DNA of 64,000 nucleotides from Adineta vaga (GCA_021613535.1 CP075493.1:2604001-2668000), one strand, 5' to 3'. Positions 25,044 to 42,000 are shown, counted from the stretch's first letter. Program-made: numbers and translations. Notes: a model not told the origin generated them from the sequence alone.

Positions 25044-25948
25044 TTGTCATTCAATTTTACTTATCGAACTTATTTTTTGTATTTTCTAAAAATCTTGCGG
25101 GATGAGTGCAGGTGTGGGTGTAGAAGAAATTTACCGCTAATTATAGAAGACGAGTAAGTTCGAATAATGCTGCGTACTTCTACTAGTATCTTTTTAAATT
25201 GAAATGGTCTATGAACTTACTGACTAATGATTAAAATTTCTTTGATTTTTACAAAATATCAAACATAATTGATCACATGACTCTCTAATCGAATAAATGG
25301 CATGCAAAAGTGTACAATTGGATCTTGTCCTTTACGTTAACAGATCTCAAATACTTAGATTCACTTACGTTCTACACGCTTTTTTAAAAACGAATCATTG
25401 AATGTTTAATTAAGAAAATAAGTCATAGATTCAAGCATGAATCATAGAACTCTTAATTTATAATTAAAACTATTATCAGTCACGACTATTGTCTGTTCAT
25501 CCGATATTTAATATAATAGCAAAGTAAAAAATAATGTTCTTCTTCTGATTTATTGATTGGTGTCTATTCTTGAGAAATTTCGAATCTAAGAAAAGTTCAT
25601 TCTTATTCTGATTTTAACAGTAAGATAGCACATATCTACTCGAATAATCTCAATACATAATATCATGTTGAAAAATCGAGTATTAGTACAGTTTCTTACT
25701 AATTATGTCACTCATCTTGTTAACAAATTACAGATATATCATCATCATATGATATAATACTGATAGCTGTATCCTGTCTATAGACATTGTAGTTATCTCA
25801 TATAACAAAAATGCAGCGACTGTCACTGAAGACATATTAAATTAAACATATGAACGTTTTGTCTGCTCATTTATTTTCTTTTTGTTAATAGAGAAAATAC
25901 AGCAATTAAAAATAAGTAATCCATTCTTTTCATTTTGATTATTTTCCT

Positions 25949-26303
25949 CTAACCAAAAAATGCATCCCAATGATGTTTTCGACCGAATGATTGTCGTTTA
26001 GTTGGATTGTAATCATTGATTCGATTAGATGGATTTATAAAAGATGTTGGAGGAAATATAAAACGTGCTGATCGTTCTGCTATATGTACTTCGTCATTAT
26101 TCTCTTCATTATCAAGTTCATCACTGTCATTGATTTCTAATAATGGTAAATATCGTTCGTCGAATATAACTGAAGAACTAATTCGCATTATGATTAAACA
26201 TGACACTAAGAAAAGCGAGAATGAAAAACAAACTAGATCAATTGAACATTCATTTTATTAATTACTAACCAACAAGAGATAAAAGATAAAAACCTGAAAC
26301 CAT
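25949..26303 (-). CDS. Neuropeptide precursor (predicted pQSFamide and HHWDAFFamide); 2 exons
   Basis: MVSGFYLLSLV|VSCLIIMRISS signal peptide, acidic spacer (DSDELDNEENNDE), C-terminal ...KR-QSFG-RK-HHWDAFFG*. Confidence 0.8.
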
Positions 26304-27625
26304 GTTATTGAATAAAATTGAATATGAAGAATGAGAAGAAAAAAACGGTTCGTGAGTGAATGAGATAATAAATATTACAAATGATTTAGTTTCTTGTTGG
26401 TCTTGTCGAATTGAAAGAGATAGATGTAGAATGGATTTTTATCCAGCTAATTAAATGTTTCTTTTCTTCTTTAGATCTGCTTTCTTAACAGAAAAAAAAT
26501 TAGAGATTAGTCTTGTACTACTTATTATCCATCACGGCATCTAGTCTTTCCTCTTCGTCGTTCTCACTATTTTCTTGTTTTTCTTTATATTATTTCGCTT
26601 TCTAATAAATTTAACAAAGAATAGAATGAGAAAATCGTGCATGATATGCACTTAACCTTGTCTACGTATTATCAAGATAATCATTAGTTACATAAAGAAT
26701 GCACAGAGAAAAACCTTGATTCCTTTTTTTTGTATTATCGAGATTTAAGATATGGAAACTATCGCATACTTCAATTTAAGTATCAATCAACGGAAAAACA
26801 ATTGTTCACAAATTTCGAGAATAACATTTTTTGCCAATATATTTGTAATCTAAAGGTTATATCGTATAATTTGTACATTATATGTCAACGAATAGCATCC
26901 ATCTTATTTTCTTGTCAAGTCATTTCATCACTCTCCAGAAGACTCGTCATTATCCTCATCGTTTTATTTCCAAAGTATCCTATTTGATCTTTAATTATAT
27001 AATGAATCATAGAAAAAGAAAATGTCTTCGAAATTGTCACAAATACATTCTTTATTGTATGATATGACATTTGATCTAACATATCTTTCATTCTTTTGAT
27101 AATTAGTTCTAGATTCCATGAAATAGCTCATTTGAAAAAGATGATCTAACCATTATTGATATATCTATTTCTATAATCGATGTTTTCATTGGCGTAATGT
27201 TTGTATCTGTAGCAATGATTTATTACCAAGATTACTGCCAGATGTGTGTACATCTTATTTTGTTCTGTAATGATGGGATGAATGAAGTTTTGTTTTTTGT
27301 CATTCGATTATTTCTTTTAATTTCATCATTGAAATTTTGTTTTGTTTTCTCAGTGTAGAACACTTGTGCAAACGAAAAAGAAAAAGAAACGAAGAATAAA
27401 AGGATGAAACACAAGTGATGAACTGCATAGTTTGTACATATATATATATACGGACTAAAGCAATAGAACTGATGGAAAATAAAAGACATGCAAAAGACTG
27501 ATGAATTGTTTTTTGTTTTTTTGTGAAGTGACATGAAACAAACGAAGAAAGAAAAAGAAAAGACATTAAGTCATTTGTGAGGAATTCTGTTTTCATCAAA
27601 TCGAATAAATATATATATGTAAATT

Positions 27626-30600
27626 CTATTTTTCCATATCTTTTCGGACTCGATAGCCACGATAAGCAGCCTAGATGAAATTATTAAAAAAAAACAAGTA
27701 TTTCGAGATGAGAAAAACACAAAGGAAATGTTCTTACTTGAATTTTAATTGCTGCTGAATTATCATCTTCATATTCAGGTTCTTTATTACCTTCAACCGA
27801 TGATGATAAAACTACAATCAGAAATAAAGAAGAGAAACAGAGAAAATATCAATATAGTTTACTTTTAGTATCAGCATGATCGTATTCATCATGTCCATGT
27901 GATGACATTGATGCATGTGTATTTTGTTCATTACCAGTTCCTCCAGTTCCTAATTCTTTACGAGTTTTATAACCACGAAATGATGCTTGTATACGTGTTG
28001 CTGCTTTATCAAGATTTGGATCATTCATATCGATTTCGTCGGTATCCAAATTTGTTTGATGTTCTCGTTCAAAATCTGAATCACGTGGTACTTGTGTATG
28101 TCGTTCGAAATCTTCACTTAATTGTGTTGGTTCACGTTCGAGACGAGGACGATTAGTATCTTGTTGTTCACCTAAAAAAAAAATCATTACTATTTAGTTT
28201 ATCTTCTATTAAATGAAGATTATTGCAATGTCTTGTCTTTTTTTCTAGACGTGTCAAATGTCAACGATATTTTACTCTTTGGCATGTCGACGCTTTTTCT
28301 CCATTCGAGACAGTGTCTGATATACAATGAATGACGTCGATGATCAGAGCTTCAATCGAGTTTCTTTTTTTTTGACAGATAACTATCCAAATAGAAAACT
28401 GTACATAGTAGCTATATTCTATCTAATGATGTATTGGTATCAACCTAGCCAAGAGCGATAAAAGGTCCTCGACGTCATTCATACTTGTCTAAATAATGAA
28501 ACAAATATACGTGCTGTAAATATCCTTGCGAGAATTCTTAATGCATTCCTATGTACGAATGAATTTAATGACTCACCTGAATGAAATATGATTTAAATAA
28601 ATCAATTGATGTGTGTGTGTGTGAATGCACAGAGTTGAATAGAAAATGATTTCTCGAGTTCTACTTTATGTATCTGTCTGAATGGATATCTATCGAATGT
28701 ATAAGATACAAACAATATACACTACGGATAGTTTGTACTTGTATTTAGCTGATATTCTCGTCTTTTCTCTCTCTCTCTCTGTTTCTTCTTTGCTCTATCG
28801 ATAAGCTAAACTGTCGCATTTCTTTATCCGTAGGCTAAATCTTTTCTCAGTAACGATAACATATGAAAAGAGAAATATTGTCTAGCGATGTTGTTTGGCA
28901 ATAGTGAACTCTTGCTTTGTACGAATAGAATATAATACGATATCACGTCAAAGCAAAAGAAAAGAAAAGAAACGATAATATACGATAATTTCCTTATATA
29001 GACGTTTTTCTTTTCTATTAAATAACAAAATTATTCATTTACCAGTTTTATGATGATCATCACGATCACTATCATGTTTGCCACTAAGACGACTTGATGG
29101 TCGAGATGATACTTTTTCATTGTCAGAGTCCTAAAACAGAAAATTTTCAATGTTTCTTTTTCTCTCTCTCTTTATTTAATCGTATCAAAAGAACACTATA
29201 CATGTTGTTGTGGTCGATCTGATAAATGATCACGATCACTAGCACTAACAGGTGATGATCGTTCTTGACCAACATTTTTACGAAGTTTCTGACCTCGAAA
29301 TCGTGCCTAGAAAAAAAAAGAAAACAATACATACGAGAGAAATATTAACATGAATATGAGATAATTATATCGAACTTGAATTGATCTTGCAGCTCGTTCT
29401 TGTTCTTCTTTTTCTTCTTCCGTAAGTTCTTCAGTAAATGGTTGATCTTCTTCGACTTCAACTTTCTACAAAACTAACTTTTTCAATAGAAATTATTTCA
29501 AAATACCTTACTGTTTCATGTTCTTCGTGTTTTTCCGATCGTGCACTTGAAATACGTGGTGATTTCTAAACAAACGATTTGTTCAAGTTAATCAATATTA
29601 GTAATAATAATTACCTGGTGATGATGATCATCATCCTTTGGTGTAGCTGATCGTCCCGTATCATAACCTAATTCTTGTCGATCAGTATCAAATATATCTT
29701 TATTCTACAATGAAAATTTTTTTAAAATAAATAAAAAATAAAACTCTCTGAACTTACGTCTCGTCGCATTTTTTCAACATCTTGTCTTGCCTTATGACCG
29801 CGAAATTTCGCTTGAATTTTTGTTGCAGCATTCTGTACTTCCGGATCATTGACTGAATATTCTTCCTATAGTGAAACTCATACATAATGAAACAAAACAA
29901 AATTCAATTGATTTCATACTTGAAAACTGGGATTATTATAATACCGATCTTCAAGTGAAGTTTGTTTGTCAGGTAAATACGATTCACCTTGTTCTAAACG
30001 ATACATAATAATATTAATATAAGGATGAATAAGCTAAAAGTTTGATTTATTTAAAACTAATTTTTTCAATGAAATCAATCAAACGAATATTAAACTAATC
30101 AATAATGTATTTCCGGACACTAATACCGGCAAAAAAGGAAGATTTTCAAGAAAAGAACTGCATTTCTTTTCATTAAATATGAACAGTTCGATACACCTTT
30201 AATCAATTATGCCTTCAAATCTAGCAAAAATATTCTTTTATCTTCACATTGAACAAAGCACAAAATTCTATGGCGATTGAAAGCCGTTTATTTCTTCATT
30301 CTCTTCTACGAAGATTTCTTATCAAATCTTTCTTGATTAATGTATTTAACAAAAAAAAACGCTTTTTTTTCTTCTTTCTTATAGAAATATCACACACACG
30401 TACACGCAAATATGTGAAGAATAAGAATAGTAATAAAGCATTCTCATTAACCTAGGAAAACAGTGTGAAAAATCAGAGTCAAATCAAAACGACCACACAC
30501 ACACAAAAGAATTAACAAGAGAAAATAGTTTGTTTTCTATTCTATTTTGAATGAATAACTTGGTTAAAATTATTCAATACTTGTTCAGCTTTACGTCTTA

Positions 30601-32898
30601 TATCATCAGGTAAATCTTCGGGAATGTTATATTCATTATTGGATATTTCAATAACCGTATTTTTCATCGGTGAATTCTCATCTAGTATTGATGATGATGA
30701 TGTATTATCTAGAAAAACTTGTCGAACACGTTTTGTAACTGTTACATTAACAACTTCATGTTCATTTGTTTCAGCATTCAAAGAATTTAAATCAAGTGCT
30801 GAACCCATTTTATCATATAAAGCTTTTAAAAATGAATTTTCCGAAGATTGTGATGCGACATAGATTGTAACCATATTCATTAAACGTCGTTTAACAGGAT
30901 TATCACTATCAATTGATTTATATTGTTCAATATCATTGAAACATTGTTGAAGTTGTTCGTTAATAAGTTTTTTTTCTTCGACTGTACCAATAATTCGTTT
31001 ATGAACATAATCAATAAGTTTTTGTTTTTCATCTTGATCGGAAAGAATTTTTTCTCGAACAAATGATGCAACTTCTTCCTTGAGTTTATCGATTGTTTCA
31101 TTATTTGAATAAGAGATAGTTGTTTCAAAATTATTCTTAACTGTTGTTTGTTCATCATCATTATCTGTTGCTATCAATGTTGATGGCGATTGTGCTGATA
31201 AAGTTGGTGTTGTTGGTAATTTTTCTTCCGAATCAATGAAAGGTACATTGGCAAATTTATCACCATTGATTGATGATGATTGTTCACAAATTGAATTGCT
31301 CTTTTTATTTCTTGTTGATACATCATTTTTTCCGTATTTGTCTTTGTTTTTCTTAACTTTTGACACGCATGCACCCATTGATTATTGTTGTCGTCGTTGT
31401 CGTCGTTGTCGTTTGATTCTTTGTCTTTGTCTTTACTAGATTGTCTTACTTGGTGCTGGTTAGTTTATGGTTACGAACGCGATAGTAATAGAATAGAATA
31501 TTTTGTCATTAGACTTGTTCCTTATTCTTCCTACTATGATTTTTCTCTCTATTTCTTTATTAGAGACAGAACGAGCGAATCAGCATACATGTTTCTCTTT
31601 CATTATACTGATGAACTTTTTCGGCATACATATATGTATATATATATATGTGTGTTATGCGCTTATAAATTAAAGATCATTCATCAAGTCAAGAAAGCAA
31701 AAAAGAAACGTCGTCATCATTATAATGGAAAGCTCAAAAGACATTTCATAGATATCCAGAGGCGAATGGTTGCCAATTGCTTTTTACGCACTTTTCTATT
31801 TATGTCGGATATGAATTTTGATCCATGGTGTATTAGAAATCTTAGGAGACTTCAATCATTCTTTTTCTCTTTTGATAATCTAATTTTTCAATGTATATAT
31901 TCATGTAAAAAGAAACCAGCAAAAATCATTGACGCGTCATAGTTACATTTCAGATTCTATTCCCGTCTGTCTATTGTCTATATACAAACGATCACATCAA
32001 GTCTATGATTGCTCTTTTTTTACTTCCTATCTCATCATGTGAATAATTGATTGGGAGGGAAGAAAAGAGAAAGATGAAGAGTACTCTTTTGAATGAATAC
32101 TAACAAATAATAAATGATTCCACATTGTCCATGTCTTTCTTTGCTTCTATAACTCGTTATTAATGAATCAATTAAAAGTTTGATCACTATTATTATCAAC
32201 AGACAAATATCTACGCAAAAACATTCGAACTTTACACTATTGTACGCTCGATGATAATACATTAACAGATGGAAAATCCATCAAGAAAAGAAATTTGATA
32301 CATATACAGTAGACAGAACAAAAATGGAAAGAAGAAAAAAGAAAAAGCTACAGCGACTAACATCAATCGTTGATGATGGTAATCATGAGATTTATGTTAG
32401 ACGCGCGCGGCATGCATAAATCTACAGACGATCGTAGAGAATCCATTAGAACAATTCATCTTTTTCTCTTGACGATGACAAATCATTCGAGCGGAGGATG
32501 TTACATCAACGGATCAAGTCAAGATTACATAGATCAGATAAAGTCATTCAATATATTAATACAAATGTTGATCCTTTTTCATAATCATTGCTGATAGGAA
32601 CAAGTTAAAAATAAATTAAGACAAAAATAGTTTCAATCGAGAAATAATTCAGGCGAATGAATCGCTTTTCATGTTATTTAGACATGATCGATTAATTTAA
32701 AAGAAAAGAAAAAAAAGAATCAAGAATATTAGCGAAATAGTTCTTACCGCGTCGTTGAAGTAATTTTTCGAAATATTCTGCAGCAAATTCATGAATATTT
32801 CTTGGTTGACTACGAAGAATTTCAGTTGATAAACCAACTAAAAGACTTTGAAAACCTTTGGGTACACGTAATTTAGTATTGGAAAACGGAATAACCAT
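27626..32898 (-). CDS. SPA17: Sp17 (SPA17)-like protein: RIIa dimerization/docking domain plus four IQ motifs; ~11 exons
   Basis: MVIPFSNTKLRVPKGFQSLLVGLSTEILRSQPRNIHEFAAEYFEKLLQRR|EQ...LEDRYYNNPSF is the Sp17 N-terminus. IQ motifs: IQAKFRGHKAR, IQ|ARFRGQKLR, IQASFRGYKTR, IQ|AAYRGYRVR. Stop TAG at 27626-27628. Confidence 0.85.
30542..31378 (-). CDS. Intronless 278-aa orphan with N-terminal myristoylation/palmitoylation motif, nested in Sp17 intron 1
   Basis: 837-nt ORF starting MGACVSKVKKNKDK; lies between Sp17 exon 1 (32748-32898) and exon 2 (~29921-29994). Confidence 0.75.
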   Translation of the reverse strand: MGACVSKVKKNKDKYGKNDVSTRNKKSNSICEQSSSINGDKFANVPFIDSEEKLPTTPTLSAQSPSTLIATDNDDEQTTVKNNFETTISYSNNETIDKLKEEVASFVREKILSDQDEKQKLIDYVHKRIIGTVEEKKLINEQLQQCFNDIEQYKSIDSDNPVKRRLMNMVTIYVASQSSENSFLKALYDKMGSALDLNSLNAETNEHEVVNVTVTKRVRQVFLDNTSSSSILDENSPMKNTVIEISNNEYNIPEDLPDDIRRKAEQVLNNFNQVIHSK

Positions 32899-34027
32899 AA
32901 TGCTAATGCTTCGTTCGAAAAAGAAAAAAACTATACGATCTAAAATTAATTATTCAACGATTTACATACTAAAAAAGCTAAAGAAATTTGTTTCGAGCTG
33001 AGAAATCACATATCAACACTAACAATAATAATAACAGAAAAGAAAAAAAAATCATACCCAAGAGACGAAGTGAATGAAGCAGAACAAACGGAAACCATGG
33101 CAGACTGAGGCAAACAGGGGCAAAAGACATCACAAATGGCTCAATGAAAAAGTCCAATAGTGAAAAAGGAACAAACAGAGGGCGCAGTTTTTATAGAAGA
33201 AAATCATTATTCTTTATATATATTTGCAGAATGTAATTATTTAAAAATTTATAGGAAAGAAAGTATAATTTATTCGTTTCTTTCCGATTAATCTATATAT
33301 GCTACAGAAACTTCCGTCTTGTTCGATTTCTCACAGATTATATATCGAAAACAAATTTTCTATCAATTAGAAAATTCTATTTCCATCATTCGTCTTCTTT
33401 TTTTTTCTTCTCCTATATACAACAATAAATCGACATTCATCTAATTCAGTTTTAGAAATCTAATAAAACGATTTTTAGCTTCATTTCTTTCACAATAAAA
33501 TATAATCAAACATACTTTAGTGATAAAGAAGATATCTAAGCAAATACTAGTATTTTAGACTTCGTGTTAATCTATAGACTGAAGAAAAAGAAGAAAAAGA
33601 GTCAGAATGAAAGCTAATGGATGTTATATGAACTTCATAGATGCATCTCATATATTATTTCTTTCGTGACAACATGCACATAGATGCATTACGAACTAAC
33701 TAATTTTCTTTTAATCATTCATGAAGAAGAGAAAAACTGTTTTCCGGATAAAAAGACAATCATATATACTAGACCAATAATAACTTCCTTCATTACAAAG
33801 GAAAAAGATTATTTATTCAGTTTAATAATATCAGTATTGATGATGAAAATAAGGATATGTTTAACTGAATAGGAAAACTTTTATTTTTTTTTCTCTTCAA
33901 GAGAGTCAAAACATCGAACAATCACAAAAGAAGAACAATAATAATCAAATCATCGTTTGGTATTTTTTTTCTCGGGTTAATATAAAAAGAAGATCGATGG
34001 ATCTGACACAAACATAACCGGATCATT

Positions 34028-34561
34028 TTAACGATCACCTCGACCACGTCCACCACCAAAACCGCCACGATCACCACCGAAACCACCACGATCACCTCCG
34101 AAACCACCACGATCACCGCCACGACCACCGGGTTGTCCAACAAATGAATTCATCGGTGGTCGACCACGTACACCTCGTCCTCGTGCAATTTGAGCACGTA
34201 AAATAGCTGATTTACCACGACCAGCCCCACCTTTAACACCACGCATATTTTTAAACATTGGTGCATTCTAAAAATAACATTGAAAATAAAACAAACTTAG
34301 ACACACAAATAGTTTGTGGTTTCTTACTTTGAGCATATCAGGAAAGATCATAAAGCGAATTTTCGATCCACGAACATATATGTATTCAAGTTGAGCTTGT
34401 CGACCATCACGATATGTTACAGTTACATTCGCTAATTGACAATTCATATTATCTTCAGCTTCGATTAATTTACCACGATACACTTCGGATGTTACTGATT
34501 CTATCGTAATTACATGACCTTCAGCTTCATGTAAAATTTTAATCGGTACTCCAATCGACAT
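34028..34561 (-). CDS. SNRPD3: Small nuclear ribonucleoprotein Sm D3; 2 exons
   Basis: [21 protein letters not shown]...[15 protein letters not shown]...[17 protein letters not shown]|NAPMFKNM...[11 protein letters not shown] plus RG tail. Confidence 0.97.
34052..34125 (-). repeat. ~21-nt coding tandem repeat (GGDRGGF x3) in the SmD3 RGG tail
   Basis: Translation [33 protein letters not shown]. Confidence 0.85.
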
Positions 34562-35317
34562 TATAATATGTCCGTTGAAATCTTAACTCAAGAATAATAA
34601 ATCTATCTAAAATAACACTAAATCTTGATATAGAATAGAATAGAATTTCTGCAATGGATGCTTGAAATTGACAAAGAGAAATGGTTCACGTTAATGATTG
34701 CTTAGTAAGGCTGCTCGGAAAATATAAATAGATTATAGATGTCACTAGTTTACTGTTCTTCTTTTTCATTTTGCAAATAACATAACAAATGAATAAACTT
34801 ATATATCTATAATACAATCGATATTATTGAAAGTAAAAGTTGAGTGACAATTCAATATGCATAATTTACTAAAACCTAAATTAAATAACAGAAAAAAAGT
34901 CTATTTTTTTCTTTTTATCTTCTTTTGAAAGATTAATCAACAAAATGAAGCACATTAGTGACGCTTCAATGTTAAATTTAATTGAAATAATATACTGAGT
35001 TGTTTTTATCTTGAATCTATGCAGATTACAGATATTCCATGCACAAATAAAATAAAATTTTTATTTTAAAGTCTCTAAACTATTGAAGACAATCGTTTTA
35101 TTTTCAAATCAGTTTTTATTCACAAGATCAAATCGAATCACAATATCAACAAAAGTTGACAAGACAAAAAACAACTAATGAATATTCGTTTTGTAATGTT
35201 CGTGTGTTCATTTCATAAACACATAATTCTTACAATGATTTGAACGTTGTTTTCATTTGATACAGAATATAAAAATGATAATAATAGAAGCGAAATTAAT
35301 GCCATATGATTTCCATT

Positions 35318-35551
35318 TCACACATCACTTTTCTTTTGATCAGTAGGTACCCTCAATGGAATTCTCTTTGCTGGATGATGACTGTCATTTTTGTTTACAC
35401 ATGGTTTCTTCTTATTATTACAATCTCCAGCTTTACTAAATGTTGAAGATATTCTTAAAGAAGGTATTCGTACTCGAATTGCATCGATATGATCAATAAT
35501 TAACATTGTACAGACAATCAATATCAACAAGCGATTGTAAGAGTATTGCAT
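35318..35551 (-). CDS. Small secreted cationic peptide, 77 aa
   Basis: Signal-like MQYSYNRLLILIVCTMLIIDHIDA followed by a basic mature region with one Cys pair (CNNKKKPC). Confidence 0.6.
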   Translation of the reverse strand: MQYSYNRLLILIVCTMLIIDHIDAIRVRIPSLRISSTFSKAGDCNNKKKPCVNKNDSHHPAKRIPLRVPTDQKKSDV

Positions 35552-36091
35552 CGTGTTACCACTACTGTTTTCAATTTGTTTTTTTGTAAGTTATGAAAGG
35601 CAAAGAAAAATACCTATTCAATTTATCTATTTTTTGCGCTGCTTAATTTCTGATTTGTTTTTCTTGTTCTGACTATTAGAATCTTGGCAGAGAAAAAATA
35701 TTTACTCTATATGCACAGTGACCGCCTCACCTATAATCGTTCTGCATGAATGCTCACTCGTTTCACCTTTGAGTATCGACTTTTTTTCTCTGGTGAAATA
35801 AATAACGATATTCTGTATGCCTATTTAGAGTAACACTCTAATCAACTACGAATAACAATTTAGTTGTTTTTCTATCGTTCATTACACGTTTTAGGTATGA
35901 AATATATTATTTCGTATTAGACAAGTACATTGTGCTGTTTCTTGCATTCTATAAATATATATATATATATTCCAAAGGTTAATACAATAAAGGAAAATAA
36001 ATGTGTTGTTGTACTAGAAGACTAGATTCAATGACGAATACAAGATATAAAACAATAAAATAAACAGGAAACACCGAGATTAGATGTCTGT

Positions 36092-39073
<2,982 letters not shown>

Positions 39074-42000
39074 ATTATTCTTATGAATAGAATATTATCT
39101 ATTAAAAGATATGAAGAAAATATTGCTTCTATTATTTTCTTAATAATTAGAATATCACAAGAAAGAATGTGTGATTCGTACGGGAGTTACAATTTGTCTT
39201 TGTATTAATTCTAACTCATTAAATAAAGATCGTTTATATCAATAGACAGTTATTCTAAAAGATCTTTCTTTTCTTTTTCTCTTTTAGCTTAATATTTTCA
39301 ATGAAAAGAAAAGATGACAAGCAATAGAAATTCTGATATATGCAAAAAACAAAGGCTATCCGGGAAAAAGAAAATGATGACAACATGCGATACAATGTTA
39401 TGTCGTTTTCTATTATAATACACTGTTGTTAGAGAGGAAAGTTCGGTCCGTACGATGTCGAATCATCCTTCGTTGAATTCTTTCTTTTCTTCTCACGTTC
39501 GACAACAGTTCATTACTTTAAGAATTGACAGAAGAGAGAGAGAGAGAGGGAACAAGATCATGTTATTAGTTTCTTCCTTGTTGACGGATGTCTTGCTTTT
39601 TCAAACTCAACAGAAAAACTAAGCTCAAATCTCTGAATATTCTTCTAATGAACATTATTTTGCATGTTATTTGATGAGAAAACTGCCTGAAGAAATAAGT
39701 GCACATACGAGGATTATTGAAGACATAGTTTTCTATATTAATGAAAATTATTAATAAGGTGATAGACGATGAACATAGATGCTAACAGGAGAAAATAATT
39801 TGAATAAATGGAAGACTATTGAAGAAAAGTATTTCTAGTGAACAAGTCAATTTTGCTTTATACATAACGATCATCTAATTGACTACTCGGATGTAGAAAA
39901 AATCATGAAGAACTTCTACTACTTGAAAGCTCTATTGAGCAACATGTTCTTTGAAACGATAAAAATAAATCAACTGATGAATGATTGATTTCATTTCTTA
40001 CTTTAATGATTAGTAAATTTTCTTTTCTTGCTCAACTCATATGAACGTACTTCACATCAATTCATTTCACTGACGTTTATTTACTCACTGGAAAACAAAC
40101 GTTTTTCTTTTTCGGAATCAATAATGTATTATAAAAGCAACAAAAATGCAGTCGGAAATGAATTTACGGGGAATGTTAAAAACAAGAATTGTTAGTTCTA
40201 TTGTTCAAATACATCCCATACTTTTACCCAAAAAAAAACAACAACAGAAAATTTACATAAATTAAGATAGATTAGAAATCAATTGGCGTTGAACGTTACA
40301 ATAAATCATTTATTTAAAGAAAAAAACCGGAAATGAGATAACGAAAACGTAAAAGTTTTCTGAATTAGAAAAAGAAACAAATTACTTTTCAAGTATTACC
40401 TTGAAAAAAATTAACAAGTATAAAACAGATTTTTTTCTGAGAAATTACCAGATACAATCTCTAAAAACAAATGTCATTTGTTCTATTTGTATTATTACTA
40501 TCAAACATTCTTTTTTTTTGATATGTGAAAAAAAAACACACTTTATTGATTTGACTTCGATGAATTTGATTAGAAGAAAATGTCATCTTATATATACATA
40601 TCTATCTTCTTCTGAAGACGAGTTTTCTTTTCCTCCATAAATTAACGAAACAATCGGGTTGATTTGATTAAAGATGAGTTTTCATTGAAGATCAAATTAA
40701 TATGTACTAGAAATAGATTTCTTCGTTCTAGTCTTACTTGTCAAAAACAATGAAGATAGAACAAGATTATAATTTGTTTTAACAACCTATGACATCAAAG
40801 ATTTTCATCGTTGTCGATACTTTAACTAGAAGACATCTATCATCATTCAATATCCGAAATATATTTAAATGGAAAAATTTCGATCACAAGATTGAACTTG
40901 CCACGGACATTTTTTCCAGATGTTAAAGTTATAAAATCACATGTAAATTCAATCGAAAAGAAAATCTGCAATTTGTCAGTCAATTTTCACTAATCTGGAA
41001 AATGTAATTTGAATTTCATAGAATATTTTTCTATCGAATGATTATACATCACATTCATTTCGCTATAGTAACAAAGAAATATAAGTTCATATTAGAGACA
41101 ATGTTCCTTTTTACTTGATGATCCATCGAAAAAGGTAACAGACATATTCGTCATGCACTCAAGATGAATAGGATCAACGCACCAATCAGACAGAGATCCC
41201 ATCGATGAACCGTTACTAATAATAAGTGCATTATTATTAAAGATGAAATGTGTAACATCATTCTATGAATAAGTAATTCTATTCTTTCTTGTGACCTAAC
41301 TGTTGAAAATTAGTTTATACTGTTTAATCTATACAAAACTAGCTTTATAGATGAAAAAGTAGTGATTAATTTATTTAAATACAGATTAACTTTTCTTTTA
41401 ACTTTTATAAATAAACAAAAACATTCATGAGTTCGTCGTCTACGACTATGCTATTTTATTATGTAAATTAAATAACTAAAAGCTATCTTTCTGAAAAAGT
41501 TTCGCATAAAAAAACATGACTATTCATCGTTTTAAAAGTATTTTACCAAAAAATATCCCAAATTTATGATAATGTATTCTTTCATGTAGAAGGTTTTATC
41601 TCATTTCTTTTTGTTACTATTTTGAAATCATCAAGATTTTACCAAAAGAAAGTTATTGATTGTTGACGATTTTCTCAGAGAAAGGAGATATGCACGATTA
41701 AGTGTATGCAAATATAGATGAAGGTTGGAAATTAGTTTTTCTGTCGTTTGGAAGAGAGATTTTTTCAAAAATAGTTATTCTGAAGAATGTCCATTTAATA
41801 ATTATTTTACTCAAAATAATCAAATGTTGAAAGCGATGCTCAAATGAATATGTCAGATTTGTTTCCTTCTATTTTATTTTTTTTAAACAATGAATGAGAC
41901 GGAAATCGTACGTATATTTCAGAGAGAATCAAGAGAAAAATTATAAAACACTTCAGTAGAAACTGAAATAAAGGAAAAAATAATCTTTTGCATGCCTATC

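Noticed and set aside
25095-25190. GC-rich patch ending CTACTAGT, like a Helitron 3' end or MITE relic
   Set aside because: No clear subterminal hairpin and no second copy visible.
31385-31942. 185-aa plus-strand ORF
   Set aside because: Starts at TTG, is built from simple repeats, and lies antisense to the upstream region of the nested gene; no domain signal.
4498-32898. Ciliary gene cluster (OFD1, Tctex light chain, Sp17)
   Set aside because: Interspersed with unrelated genes; three cilia-linked genes among ~24 is plausible by chance.
33085-33110. CCATGGCAGAC upstream of Sp17 as an RFX X-box
   Set aside because: Neither half matches the GTNRCC-N-RGYAAC consensus well.
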